A stretch of DNA of 64,000 nucleotides from Candidatus Heimdallarchaeota archaeon (GCA_019057815.1 JAHLWR010000007.1:95386-159385), one strand, 5' to 3'; positions 38,325 through 49,379 are shown, numbered from the stretch's first letter. Numbers and translations are program-made. Notes: a model not told the origin generated them from the sequence alone.

Positions 38325-39563
38325 ATGTCTCTTATGACCCATATTTCAAAGACTATTGTTGGCACAGAAGGAAGTGAACTCGAAGGGAAATTAATTCTTC
38401 ATTGTATCACAAGTTCAATTTCTTGTTATTTAGCTCCTCAAATCTCAAGAAAGCTTATGAGACATGGAGCGGAAGTAATAACAGTTCTCTCACCTGAAGC
38501 AGCAAAATTTGTTCATCCAATGATTTTTGAATGGGCTACTGGAAAAGTACCAATTACAGCTATTGAAGGAAAAGTTGAACATGTCCAATATGCAGGGTTG
38601 TCGAAAGATAAAGCAGATCTAATTCTAATAGCTCCAATAACTGCAAGTTCTTTGTCCAAAATAGCAAATGGTATAATGGATACACCAGTTACACTAATGG
38701 CAGGAACTGCTTTAGGAAACAAAATACCTATAATCATGACTCCAACTATGCATGAAGTGATGTTTCATAATCCTGTAATCAGTGAGAATATTAAGAAATT
38801 AGAGGAATATGGCGTCAAAATAATAAAGCCACGAATAGAAGAAGAAAAAGCTAAAATTCCAAGCGAAAACGAAATACTAGAACATTGCATTCAAATGCTC
38901 TCAAAAAGGGATTTTAGCAATAAGAAAATCTTAATCACTTCTGGACCAACAAGGGTTTATCTTGATGGAATGCGTTTCATTAGTAATCCTTCATCAGGTA
39001 AAATGGGTTTTGCTTTAGCTGTTGAAGCATGGAGAAGAGGAGCAGATGTAAAACTCGTCTATGGGATGACTAGTATAAGTCCACCTAGTTTTATTCATGA
39101 CAAGATTCAAACTGAAACCGGAGATGAAATGCTAGAAAAAACAATTGAAATATTGCTGCAGGAAAAAATCGATTATGTTATTTTAGCAGCTGCTATGAAT
39201 GATTTCGGTCCTGAAGAGAAAAAGGATAAAAAGGTTTCTTCTGGAACGTCGTGGGATATAATATTAAAACCATTAGAAAAACTAGCTGATAAAATAAAAG
39301 TAGTTTCACCTGAAACAAAACTTGTATTATTTAAAGCAGAATACGCTAAAAATGATGAAGAATTAGTACAGATTGCTAATAATCGTCTTAGGAAAGCTGG
39401 TGCAGACATAATAGTTGCTAATGATGTATCAAAAAAGGAATTTGGTTTTGAAAGCGATTTTAACAAAGTTGCTATTATTACAAAGGAAGAAGAGATAACA
39501 TGGGTTGAAGATAAGAAGATAATAATAGCAGAAAAAATCTTTAATTTTATAAAAAAAATGTGA
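38325..39563 (+). CDS. coaBC: Bifunctional phosphopantothenoylcysteine decarboxylase/ligase
   Basis: EHV, APITA...KIANG..D, PTMHEVM, ITSGPT, RFISNPSSGKMG, AAAMNDF, FKAE, IVANDV. Confidence 0.93.
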   Translation: MSLMTHISKTIVGTEGSELEGKLILHCITSSISCYLAPQISRKLMRHGAEVITVLSPEAAKFVHPMIFEWATGKVPITAIEGKVEHVQYAGLSKDKADLILIAPITASSLSKIANGIMDTPVTLMAGTALGNKIPIIMTPTMHEVMFHNPVISENIKKLEEYGVKIIKPRIEEEKAKIPSENEILEHCIQMLSKRDFSNKKILITSGPTRVYLDGMRFISNPSSGKMGFALAVEAWRRGADVKLVYGMTSISPPSFIHDKIQTETGDEMLEKTIEILLQEKIDYVILAAAMNDFGPEEKKDKKVSSGTSWDIILKPLEKLADKIKVVSPETKLVLFKAEYAKNDEELVQIANNRLRKAGADIIVANDVSKKEFGFESDFNKVAIITKEEEITWVEDKKIIIAEKIFNFIKKM

Positions 39564-39572
39564 AAAGAGAAA

Positions 39573-41261
39573 TTATCTCTTTCGCTTAATTAGTAAAGAA
39601 AATACTGAAAGAACGACTATAGAAAGAAATGTGCTTAGTACAGTAGGGAAAGAAATATTCACTGTTGTATCAGTTGAAGTTGTTGATTCTGAAGTTGTAA
39701 TACTTGAGGTAAGAGAGGTATCTAGGGCATTTGAGGGATTATTATCTCTAGAATTAGATGTACCGTCAATACTATAGAAATCCTCTCCATCTAAGTCAGA
39801 CCAGTAATTATGATCCCACTTATTATTCCATCCGTCATCAAGTGCTTGCGAAGATTCATTATTGATGTTGTTATAACTAAAGGAATTATCATTAACTTGG
39901 CAATCATATGTGTCCATATCTAGAGAAACACCGTAAATCTCGTTATATTCAATCATATTATAACGAATCATGCATGAATGAGAATAACCAATTAAAATTC
40001 CATAGTTATTATAATTAATATAACTATTTTTCATTAAGATACTGGAGGAATTTTCAATCCCAATGCCAATCATGCAGTTTGAGATAGTAGTAGAATCAAC
40101 ACTTCCTGTAACAGAATCTAGAAAGATTCCTATTGATAAATCTTCAATAATACAATTTCGAATAAGAAAATGCTTCTTTGTATTGGCGATATAGATACCA
40201 TAATACTCAGAAGAAGAGGTCGAATCAAAATGTAAGTCTTCGATAAGGTAAGGATCAATATCTGTTCCTGTTCCTGGGAAACCATAGTTCAGAAAATCCT
40301 CATCAGATTTAATATAAACGCGTTCATTAACATTATATTCACTCTTAACAAAATAGTTGATTATATTATTAACGAAAGTAAATCCTGAATGTGTTCCCAG
40401 TATATAGTAACCACCCTCAGTAAAAAGATCATACATTTCTTTATAATCAGAAAAAATACATTCACCTGCTATTATTAGGTGACTATTTTCTGCTGAAGTG
40501 AAATCGAATTCCTCATAAACAACTGCAGGAAAATCACCCATAATTCCAGAATAAGCATAAAGATCTAGTTCCGAATGACTAGCATCACTATCAATACAAC
40601 TCGAATTTATACTATAACTCAGCAAGATTTCTACATTCGCTAATGTTGTGTTTCGAAGGTCAACATAAGTTAAAGATGCTTCATCGAATCCTAATATAGA
40701 ACAAGGACCATGCATTATTACACCGGAATCACAGTTTTCACTAACGATAGAACCAAATGGGCCAGTCCCATAATTTGTAGCGGCTACTCTGTAAACTGCA
40801 CCATCATTTTCAACAGTATCCTCAATAGATGTATCATCGACAAAAATATGTGCACCTAAGAAATGTAAAAGATTGTTCGAATAATCAGGGTTAAAGTATC
40901 CACCATAATCACTATCTGCACCAACAAAAAGCAATTTATCCCCACTGTAGAACCATTCTTTAATCATCATTTGTTCGCTAGGAGTGTATTCTGTATTTGC
41001 ATCTGGTAAGAAAAGAGCATCAGCATCTCTTGGAAGATCAAAAGAAGATTCACACAATATTACTTCGTTACCTGCATGTGTGAGATTTCCTATTAAATTA
41101 TCATAATCAGTCTTATAGGGGGAGTGAGATAAATCAATAACAAAAGTTGCTCCTGATGTTTCTATATTAGCGAATTCTGAAGCAAAAGAAATATTTTGCG
41201 TTTGAAATGAAGATATAATCAGAAGAATTGTTACTAAAAATACAGTTGTTTTTTTCATCAA
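39573..41261 (-). CDS. Secreted, anchored protein: GATase-like/DUF4350-type domain plus NosD beta-helix
   Basis: Signal peptide, IDLSH...GADSDY domain, GFPGTGTDIDPYLIE cap, PbH1 repeats, NYWSD, Ser/Thr linker, TM plus KRKR. Confidence 0.72.
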   Translation of the reverse strand: MMKKTTVFLVTILLIISSFQTQNISFASEFANIETSGATFVIDLSHSPYKTDYDNLIGNLTHAGNEVILCESSFDLPRDADALFLPDANTEYTPSEQMMIKEWFYSGDKLLFVGADSDYGGYFNPDYSNNLLHFLGAHIFVDDTSIEDTVENDGAVYRVAATNYGTGPFGSIVSENCDSGVIMHGPCSILGFDEASLTYVDLRNTTLANVEILLSYSINSSCIDSDASHSELDLYAYSGIMGDFPAVVYEEFDFTSAENSHLIIAGECIFSDYKEMYDLFTEGGYYILGTHSGFTFVNNIINYFVKSEYNVNERVYIKSDEDFLNYGFPGTGTDIDPYLIEDLHFDSTSSSEYYGIYIANTKKHFLIRNCIIEDLSIGIFLDSVTGSVDSTTISNCMIGIGIENSSSILMKNSYINYNNYGILIGYSHSCMIRYNMIEYNEIYGVSLDMDTYDCQVNDNSFSYNNINNESSQALDDGWNNKWDHNYWSDLDGEDFYSIDGTSNSRDNNPSNALDTSLTSSITTSESTTSTDTTVNISFPTVLSTFLSIVVLSVFSLLIKRKR

Positions 41262-41318
41262 TATAGTAACAGTTTATACTTTATTAATATTATTGTAATG
41301 AATTTGGAAGTGACATTT

Positions 41319-41771
41319 TCACATAATTTCAGTCCTTACTTCTAATTCAAAATCCTTGGGAACAAATTCCTTGAGTTTCTTGATATTTTCAAACTCTGTA
41401 TGAAAGTGAAGGAGATCTTTCATTTCTAAGGCTTCTTCTAAAGTTATCCACTTGAATTCAGTATGTTCCCAATCTAATTTTACCTTTCCACTGAGGTATT
41501 TGCAATAATATGTTATGAAAACCATTGGAAACTCCTTTCCTCCCCTATAGAAGAAACCTGTGTTAAGTGTCATTAGAACTTTAGCTTCCAGTCCTGTTTC
41601 TTCCCTTATTTCACGTACAATCCCTTTAACAGGATGTTCGTCTTCGTCTAATCGTCCTGTAACTACTTCCCATATATTAGGCGCAAAATCTCTATCAGGT
41701 GATCTTTTGACAATAAGATATTTATTTTCTTTTTCTATAACTGCACCCATACCAACATAGACTTTTTTCAT
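41319..41771 (-). CDS. NUDIX hydrolase
   Basis: GRLDEDE...IVREIREETGL Nudix box. Confidence 0.92.
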   Translation of the reverse strand: MKKVYVGMGAVIEKENKYLIVKRSPDRDFAPNIWEVVTGRLDEDEHPVKGIVREIREETGLEAKVLMTLNTGFFYRGGKEFPMVFITYYCKYLSGKVKLDWEHTEFKWITLEEALEMKDLLHFHTEFENIKKLKEFVPKDFELEVRTEIM

Positions 41772-41868
41772 CGATTAAGAAAAAAAAAGGTTATATTTGA
41801 ACCTTATCTCAGAAGATAACTTAATAATCTTAAATTCTATTTTCAAATAAATCACGAGCTAAGATAAA

Positions 41869-42732
41869 ATGGGACTAGTGATTAAAGATAAAGCGAGCAT
41901 CAAGGATTATTCAGAAGAAGAAGCACTGAATAAAGTATTTTTGGGGGATGCTTTAGAAGTCCTAAAAAAACTACCAGAAGAATTTGTAGATCTTGTTTTT
42001 ATGGATCCACCATATTTCCTCCAATTACCTGGTAAGAAGTTAGTTAGATGGAATGTCAAAACAGAGGTATCAGCTGTAGACGATGATTGGGACAAATTCG
42101 AATCCTTTGAACACTATGACAATTTCATTGAAGAACTGCTTACAGAAATAAGAAGGGTTATGAAGCCAAACGCCACAATTTGGGCTATGTCAACCTACCA
42201 CAGCGTTTTTCGAATTGGAAGAATCATGCAAGACTTAGATTTCTGGATCTTAAGTAATATAACTTGGGTGAAAAATAACCCAATGCCCAACTGGCTGGGG
42301 GTTAGGTTTACTAATGCAACAGAGACATTGATTTGGGCTGTTAAAGATAAGAAAAATAAAAAGTACACTTTTCATAAAGATTTAGCGAAGGAGTTCGGTA
42401 TTGGAAAAGTGGGAGCTAATGTATGGGTTATTCCTCTTTGTGCTGGAAAAGAGAGATTGAAGGATGAAGAGGGAAAGAAACTTCATTCTACGCAAAAACC
42501 AGAAGAATTACTTAGAAGAATTATTCTCACAACATCTAATGAAGGCGATGTTATTCTAGACCCTGTTGCAGGAGTAGGTACAACAGGGTATGTAGTAAAA
42601 GCTCTTAATAGAAAATTCATTATGATTGAGAAAAAACCCAAATATGTTAAAGGAATTGAAAAACGTCTGAAAGTAAAAACTCGAAGAGACTTTCTAAATA
42701 TAAAAGTAATAAAGGACTTGAAAGAAGGTTAA
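41869..42732 (+). CDS. Orphan beta-class adenine DNA methyltransferase, CcrM/M.HinfI-like
   Basis: DPPYFLQL...AVDDDWDKF, YHSVFRIG, NPMPN...RFTNATETLIWA, HSTQKPE, ILDP..G.GTT. Confidence 0.88.
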   Translation: MGLVIKDKASIKDYSEEEALNKVFLGDALEVLKKLPEEFVDLVFMDPPYFLQLPGKKLVRWNVKTEVSAVDDDWDKFESFEHYDNFIEELLTEIRRVMKPNATIWAMSTYHSVFRIGRIMQDLDFWILSNITWVKNNPMPNWLGVRFTNATETLIWAVKDKKNKKYTFHKDLAKEFGIGKVGANVWVIPLCAGKERLKDEEGKKLHSTQKPEELLRRIILTTSNEGDVILDPVAGVGTTGYVVKALNRKFIMIEKKPKYVKGIEKRLKVKTRRDFLNIKVIKDLKEG

Positions 42733-44744
42733 TTGTTGTGTTTATCAAACCAGCCTACAATTTTCTCCAACCTATCTTTCATTCTTGTAGGTTTACCTGA
42801 TCTACTTAATTCATGTCCTTCTTCAGGATATCTAATAAAATCAGCTTCCACACTTAGTTTTAGCAACGATGAAAACATCTCTTCTGCTTGTGAAATGGGA
42901 CAACGATAATCATTTTCAGAATGAATGAATCTTGTCGGTGTAGTAACATTTTGGACATAAGCTATTGGAGATTCTTTCCACAATTTCTCTAAATCTTCCC
43001 AAGGAAAAGAATCCATCTCATCTTTTGTGAATTGAGTTATATCTGTAGTACTCCAGAAACTAACCAAGTTATAAACACCTCTTTGGGGAGCTGCAGCTTT
43101 GAATCGATTGTCATTACCAATAATCCAAGCAGTCATGTAACCTCCGTAACTTCCTCCTGTGATGAAGAGGTTATCAGTATCTACTTTCTCATTCTTTATC
43201 ACTTCATCTACTCCTTTTAAGATATCATCAGCTGGTTCAGTACCCCAATTTGCGATAACATCTCTGAAAGCGTATCCTCTTCCACTAGTACCTTGTGGAT
43301 TGCAGTAGAAAATTAAATATCCCTTAGAAGCGAAATATTGAAACTCAAACCACATAGATCTTTCGAGTGGTGACCAGATTGTATGAGGACCTCCATGAAT
43401 ATCTAGAATTAGAGGATATTTCTTATTCTTATCAAATTTAGGAGGTTTAGCTAACCAACCTTGAATATCTTTATCATTGAAACCAGAATATCTTATTTCA
43501 GTAATCTTAGCTAATTCTCTTTCTTCTAACCACTTCTGATTGCTTTTCCAAAGAGTATTTTCTTCATTCTTTACAATATCGTATAGTTTCAAGACTGAGG
43601 GATCATTAGTGGTTGAACAATTCAAGGCTATTAATTCTAATTGATTATCAATATCATAAGAATTTATTATATAATCAGCTGAATGAATCTTTACGACAGA
43701 TTCGTTCTCTAGATCATATTTGCATAGTATGTTCTTATCCCATTCATCTAACAAGAAAAAAACACTTTTGCTATCATAACTGAATCTGGGTTCATAAACG
43801 TCATTGTCTATTTCTTTAGAGATTTGTCTTTCTTCGTCAGTTACTAAATTGTATAACCATATTTCTTGATTTTGTGTTGATAGATTCTTTGGAGATTCAT
43901 TACCTCCATGTACTATCCACTGACCATCTGGTGAAAGACGTAAATCTGCACCCCATCCATAAAAACTTCTTAACTCTTTTTCTTCTTTATTTTCTAAATC
44001 TATTTCAACTAAAGAATAACAGTAACTATCATTTAAAGCCCCTTTAACAACATGTTTGGTAGCCATAATTTTTGTGTTATCAGAATTCATCAATGGAGAG
44101 GAGTAATTTGTTTCTCCCTTAGTTATTCTTTCCGTTTTCTTATCTTCTAGATTTAACAGGTAGATATGACTATACCTGTCATCAAGAAAAGACGTGCCAG
44201 TTCTATAAACAATGTTCTTAACAACTCTAGGATCGATTTTTTTCTTCTCTTTTTCTTCTTTTTCTATCTTCTTTAGTTTAAGTTCTATATCATCAACATG
44301 TATGTCTTTCTTCTCTCTATTTTTATCCTCTACTTCTTGTTCACTAATATTTACTCTATGTACAAAAACTATTTTTTTTCCGTCAGGTGACCAATTGAAG
44401 CTGTCTACTCCATTAGGGACTGAAGTATATTTTACACTCTCTCCTCCATCTAAATTCATAATCCAAACTTGATTCTTCGGTTTGTCTCCTCCTCTAGCGC
44501 TTAAGAAAGCCAGCTGAGTTTTGGAAGGGGATAATTTCATCCCTTTATCTTGACTAATACCACTTGTAAACTGAATAGGGGTTTGCGTATCTTGATCGAT
44601 TTGGTAAATTGATGAAAAGTACTTGTTCTTCTCTTTACTCATAGATTGTTCTTCAAACAGTATTTGCTTGTTTGGAAGAATTTTAACATTAATTATCGTT
44701 TTTATCTTAAATAAATCATCAATAGATATTTTTTGTTTGGTCAA
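42729..44744 (-). CDS. S9 family peptidase (acylaminoacyl/dipeptidyl aminopeptidase)
   Basis: Beta-propeller SPDG repeats, IHGGP, GGSYGG, HSENDYRC, EGHE. Confidence 0.93.
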   Translation of the reverse strand: MTKQKISIDDLFKIKTIINVKILPNKQILFEEQSMSKEKNKYFSSIYQIDQDTQTPIQFTSGISQDKGMKLSPSKTQLAFLSARGGDKPKNQVWIMNLDGGESVKYTSVPNGVDSFNWSPDGKKIVFVHRVNISEQEVEDKNREKKDIHVDDIELKLKKIEKEEKEKKKIDPRVVKNIVYRTGTSFLDDRYSHIYLLNLEDKKTERITKGETNYSSPLMNSDNTKIMATKHVVKGALNDSYCYSLVEIDLENKEEKELRSFYGWGADLRLSPDGQWIVHGGNESPKNLSTQNQEIWLYNLVTDEERQISKEIDNDVYEPRFSYDSKSVFFLLDEWDKNILCKYDLENESVVKIHSADYIINSYDIDNQLELIALNCSTTNDPSVLKLYDIVKNEENTLWKSNQKWLEERELAKITEIRYSGFNDKDIQGWLAKPPKFDKNKKYPLILDIHGGPHTIWSPLERSMWFEFQYFASKGYLIFYCNPQGTSGRGYAFRDVIANWGTEPADDILKGVDEVIKNEKVDTDNLFITGGSYGGYMTAWIIGNDNRFKAAAPQRGVYNLVSFWSTTDITQFTKDEMDSFPWEDLEKLWKESPIAYVQNVTTPTRFIHSENDYRCPISQAEEMFSSLLKLSVEADFIRYPEEGHELSRSGKPTRMKDRLEKIVGWFDKHNN

Positions 44745-44868
44745 TTAAATCCCTTCTAACTTTATAGCTATTTGATTAACACTATAAAATAATTTGCTTA
44801 ATTCCACGAAAAAAAAGTATATGCAAATTTTATATACGCAATAACAGTTAAACTACGTTGAAGACAAA

Positions 44869-47277
44869 ATGAAATTTGTTGACTGTTACCATAAATTTCT
44901 TGAGAAATACAAAATAGTTATTATAGTATTTTGGGCTATAGCTTTAGGTTTCAGCGTATGGCTTGGACCACAGTTACTGAGTGAAACCAATCTTGTTTTT
45001 GAAGCTCCTGAAGATTCACCTGCAGCAGTAGCTAACGGCATTCTAAATCAAGAATTCCCAGAAAGAAATAACGAGACAAGTATTATTATTCTTATCAAAT
45101 CATTGGAAGAAGAAACAGATATATTGGAATCTGAAGATGTACGGATTTTTATTCTTGCTTTTGTAGATTCTTTAGAAACTTATGAACATTATGAGAATAT
45201 TCAAACTGTTCAAGATTTTTTCACTTTAAACTCATCAGGTATGGAAATTATAGCTTCTGGACTTGTTTCTCAAAATAGGAAAACAACACTAGTTATTATC
45301 ACAATTCAAGAACAAACAAAAGAAGAAACTGCGGTTTTTGTTTTTTTCCTAGAGCAGCAAATAGAAGAATATGGTGATGCTCTAGAAGAGGAATTCTTTG
45401 TCGGAATAACTGGTTCAAGACCACTATTAATGGATGTCGAAGAAGGTACGAAAAGTGATTTAGCAAGAATGGATTCAATTGTCATACCAATTGCATTCTT
45501 TGTTCTAGCCTTAGTACTACGAAGTATAAGATTGATGATTATTCCTATTATAGCAATGGGAATTAGTTTTTTATTTTCATTTATGATAATGCTTCCAATT
45601 GCTATGAGTAGTGTAAATGTTGGTACATTTGCTCCCAGTGTGATGATGTCTTTAGTGATTGCTATGTCAATCGATTATAGTTTATTCTTACTTTCAAGAT
45701 ACAGAGAAGAAATCCTGAAAGGAAAGAATAATTCTCAAGCTGTACGATTGATGAGTGAGCATGCAGGGCACACAATACTTGTTTCAGGTTTAACCCTATC
45801 TATTTGTTTTGCAGGGATGATTTTCTTCCCAATGGATTTACTAGCAACAATAGGAATGGGATCTGCTATCGCAGTTTTATGCACACTCTTGATTAATCTA
45901 ACTTTAACTCCTGCAATATTACTAACATTTGGTAAATTCTTTAGTAAATTTAAATTTAGTCTTCGATTCAAGAAAAAGAAAAAGGGAGAAGAGGACATCA
46001 ATGTAGAGGAAACAAGGGAACAAAGAGAATTAAAAAAACAGTTAAATAGCATTTGGTATAAAATCGCTAAGCTGTCAACAAAATATGCTGTACCTATTAT
46101 TTTAGTTGTTCTTATAATTGCTATCCCTGTATCAATACAAGTTTTTGATCTAAAGAGAACTGTAGATACAAATCAAGTCTTTCCTAGAGGGGGAGAGTAT
46201 GTAATTACATATAATACTCTCTCAGAAGAATTTAATCCAGGAACGATATTGCCTTATTATATTGTTATATCTACAGGAGAAACCAATGGTGTCGTTAACC
46301 AATCCTTTTTCGATACTTGTCAAATCATGATGGATGAACTTCATGTAAATTTGAGTTTACCTTATAATAGTTTCTTTTCGATTTTTAAGGCACCAGATGG
46401 TTTTTCAATTCCTTATACTCTTGTAATTGAATATTCGAACAATGTTTCAGCTTTGTATGATACACCTGAAGGTATCTTATACAGAATAGCTTTTGAAAGA
46501 TATGTTAATCAAGAGAATTCGACAGTATTGATTGAAATTCAAACACCTTTTGATCCTTATGGGCTAGAATCTGAAGAATTTGTTAAAGATATGAGAATAT
46601 TCCTTGAGAATTTCAGTGATAAAGAGACATCACAATTTGGTTTCTATCTGGGAGGAGGAATCGCGTTTATAGTTGATACTATAGACAAAGTCTACGATTT
46701 ATTCCCGATAATGATAATAATTACAATTGCTGTAGTTTACTTATTAATTGCTGTAATGTTTAAATCTGCATTTATACCACTTAGACTCTTAATCACAATT
46801 GCACTTACACTGAGCTGGATTTATGGTTTTGCAGTTTTAGTATTCGAAAAAGGGATTTTCAACTGGCTTTTCCCAATCTTAGCAGATGTTCAAGCTATGT
46901 ATTGGATAGTTCCAATAATGGCGTTCTCTATACTTGTTGGACTTGGTCTAGACTACGATATCTTCTTGCTCAGTCGAATTAGCGAGTATAGAAAAATGGG
47001 ATATACTGAGAAAGCTTCAATACACAAAGGGGTTTATAGAACTGGTAGTATTATTACTGCTGCTGGAGTTATTATGACCATTGCATTTTCTGGATTACTT
47101 TTGAGTACTGAAATGATTCTAAATCAATTTGGTTTCATGTTATGTTTTGCAGTTTTGGTAGACACTTTTGTAGTCCGCACTATCCTTGTTCCTTCGATTA
47201 TGTCTTTAGCTGAGCGGTGGAATTGGTGGCCTAGCAGACTTCCAGAACCTGAAAAAGATGACTTTGTAATTGAATAA
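44869..47277 (+). CDS. MMPL (RND superfamily) membrane transporter
   Basis: Two repeats with IDYSLFLLSRYREE and GLDYDIFLLSRISE, TGSIITAAG, WNWWP. Confidence 0.92.
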   Translation: MKFVDCYHKFLEKYKIVIIVFWAIALGFSVWLGPQLLSETNLVFEAPEDSPAAVANGILNQEFPERNNETSIIILIKSLEEETDILESEDVRIFILAFVDSLETYEHYENIQTVQDFFTLNSSGMEIIASGLVSQNRKTTLVIITIQEQTKEETAVFVFFLEQQIEEYGDALEEEFFVGITGSRPLLMDVEEGTKSDLARMDSIVIPIAFFVLALVLRSIRLMIIPIIAMGISFLFSFMIMLPIAMSSVNVGTFAPSVMMSLVIAMSIDYSLFLLSRYREEILKGKNNSQAVRLMSEHAGHTILVSGLTLSICFAGMIFFPMDLLATIGMGSAIAVLCTLLINLTLTPAILLTFGKFFSKFKFSLRFKKKKKGEEDINVEETREQRELKKQLNSIWYKIAKLSTKYAVPIILVVLIIAIPVSIQVFDLKRTVDTNQVFPRGGEYVITYNTLSEEFNPGTILPYYIVISTGETNGVVNQSFFDTCQIMMDELHVNLSLPYNSFFSIFKAPDGFSIPYTLVIEYSNNVSALYDTPEGILYRIAFERYVNQENSTVLIEIQTPFDPYGLESEEFVKDMRIFLENFSDKETSQFGFYLGGGIAFIVDTIDKVYDLFPIMIIITIAVVYLLIAVMFKSAFIPLRLLITIALTLSWIYGFAVLVFEKGIFNWLFPILADVQAMYWIVPIMAFSILVGLGLDYDIFLLSRISEYRKMGYTEKASIHKGVYRTGSIITAAGVIMTIAFSGLLLSTEMILNQFGFMLCFAVLVDTFVVRTILVPSIMSLAERWNWWPSRLPEPEKDDFVIE

Positions 47278-47540
47278 TTTTTTTTATCTCTTTTTTATGT
47301 TTCTTAAATGGGGTACGTAGTTCCATTATCGCTCCTTATTATGGGATAATTGTTCTCTCTTGGACAAATACTTCACCATCATCTAATGCTATATTCTTCA
47401 TGTTACTTCATCTTCTATTTACTACCACTACAAATAGAATAAGAAAAAGAGAAAAGTGAATTTTCGTATTGGGTTTTTCCTTTACTTCATTATTTAATTT
47501 ATCAGCTATTTGCAAGAAAAGAATAAGAAAAGAAGTAGTT

Positions 47541-49379
47541 TTAGAAGTTAACCACTCCTATTAATCTCCAGAAGAATGGTAGAACAAATACTAATAGCAC
47601 TATACCTAATATATCGACTAGAAAACCTATTTTCGCCATTTCTCTAACTGTATATTTCTCTGTACTGTAAGCAATCATTGTCGGAGGTGTTCCTTGAGGT
47701 AGCATAAAATCTACACTCGAACCTATTGCAGCAACAACAGCTAATAGCACTGGATCAATGTGGAACAATAATCCAAGTGGTATAACCAAAGGAACGAGTA
47801 TTGAAGCTGAACCTGTATTTGATGCCATAAAAGTTAACACAAGAGCTACCACTGCTATTAGAGCAATGAAGATTATTTTGCTAGTTATATTCAAAGTTTC
47901 TAATGAAAATGCTATAAGATCTCCAGTTCCTGATTCAGTTAATAATACACCAAGAACTAGTCCTCCACCAAATATGAGTATTGCATTCCAATTTATATCA
48001 TTAATATCTAGACCCCTTAGGACAGTACTTTTTTCAAATATTGCGGGTAAAAACAGTAGTATTGCAGCTATTATTGCTACTATTGAGGAAGAGAAAGTAC
48101 TAAATAAATACGTTTTAATTATTGCCTCTAAGAACCAGAGAACTAGAGCAAAGATAAATACAGATAAAACATAAATTTGTTTTTTGTTCAATTTACCAAT
48201 ATTGTCTAGTTCTTTTTGCACAGCTTCTTTAGCTATTGAAATACTCTCTTTTGGAACTTTTGGTTTATAAACAACCCAAAGATAAAGCCATATTAGAGGA
48301 AGCATTAAAATCACAATAGGTAACCCAAAAGCAAACCATTGGATGAATGTAATCTGGACACCTGCATACTGGCTTAATAGAGCAATAGCAATTGGGTTAG
48401 CTGGAGTTCCAATAGCAGATCCAATTCCACCTAACGAAGCACTGTATGCTATTCCTAAAATCAATGCTTTCGAATATCTATCAATTTTATCTTCATCAAT
48501 TTTTTTGTTTACTTTTAGTTTGTCTGTTACAGCAACTGCTATAGGAATCATAGTAGCTGCAGTCGCAGTATTGCTCATAAACATGGATAAAACAGCTGTA
48601 ACTATCATCATCAATAGCATTAGAATCTTTGGATTATTAGGACTTAGACGAACTATATTAAGAGAAATCCACTTATCTAAGCCTGTTTTATTCATAGCTT
48701 TTGAAATAACAAATCCACCAAGAAATAGGAATATTACTGGCTCTGCAAATGGAGCAAGTAACCCTTTGGCGCTTAGACTGAGAAGCATTACTCCTGCTAC
48801 TGGAATCAATAAACTTGTTGCTACCAATGGAACTGCTTCCATCACCCAAAGAATACCTACTACAAATAATATTGATAGAACTATGTTCGTTTTATAGGGC
48901 ATCCTTAAAGAAAGAATAATCCATTGTTGTTCCCTATAATCAGCTTTTAGTGATGAAGCTGGAAGAGTAAGATCCAAACCGTCTTCTGAACTGCTTGAAA
49001 TGTCTACACTAAAGTTACCTATGCTAGGCAATGGATTAACGGTATTGTTAAATTCATCAGTAATTGAAACACGTATAACTAATTGCTTATTATATCCTGT
49101 TTGAATTTTAGGAGAATATCCTAACCATAGAGTTAAATTATCGCCTAAATCGTATAATTCAATCACTTCTGGGTATGATTCATTCTTAAAAAGCTCAAAA
49201 CTAAAATCTATTGTTGTATTATACTGCTCCTCACCATTATCGTAATAGATATGCAATCTTGCCTCATGATTAACGGTTGCAACTGCACCCTTAGTAAGAG
49301 TCATAATTAGCGAAATAGCTATAATAATCATAACAACTGTTATTGCAACTTTTGTTACTTCTTGCTTGGTTATTTTCAT
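47541..49379 (-). CDS. SLC13/DASS sodium:dicarboxylate/sulfate symporter with an extra N-terminal extracytoplasmic domain
   Basis: LWVMEAVP, FLFLGGF, SMFMSNTAT, GTPAN, SNT, GTPP. Confidence 0.9.
   Translation of the reverse strand: MKITKQEVTKVAITVVMIIIAISLIMTLTKGAVATVNHEARLHIYYDNGEEQYNTTIDFSFELFKNESYPEVIELYDLGDNLTLWLGYSPKIQTGYNKQLVIRVSITDEFNNTVNPLPSIGNFSVDISSSSEDGLDLTLPASSLKADYREQQWIILSLRMPYKTNIVLSILFVVGILWVMEAVPLVATSLLIPVAGVMLLSLSAKGLLAPFAEPVIFLFLGGFVISKAMNKTGLDKWISLNIVRLSPNNPKILMLLMMIVTAVLSMFMSNTATAATMIPIAVAVTDKLKVNKKIDEDKIDRYSKALILGIAYSASLGGIGSAIGTPANPIAIALLSQYAGVQITFIQWFAFGLPIVILMLPLIWLYLWVVYKPKVPKESISIAKEAVQKELDNIGKLNKKQIYVLSVFIFALVLWFLEAIIKTYLFSTFSSSIVAIIAAILLFLPAIFEKSTVLRGLDINDINWNAILIFGGGLVLGVLLTESGTGDLIAFSLETLNITSKIIFIALIAVVALVLTFMASNTGSASILVPLVIPLGLLFHIDPVLLAVVAAIGSSVDFMLPQGTPPTMIAYSTEKYTVREMAKIGFLVDILGIVLLVFVLPFFWRLIGVVNF

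Noticed and set aside
47290-47401. Short minus-strand reading MKNIALDDGEVFVQERTIIP in an intergenic gap
   Set aside because: Only 20 codons with no recognisable family. It may be a gene relic but cannot be supported.
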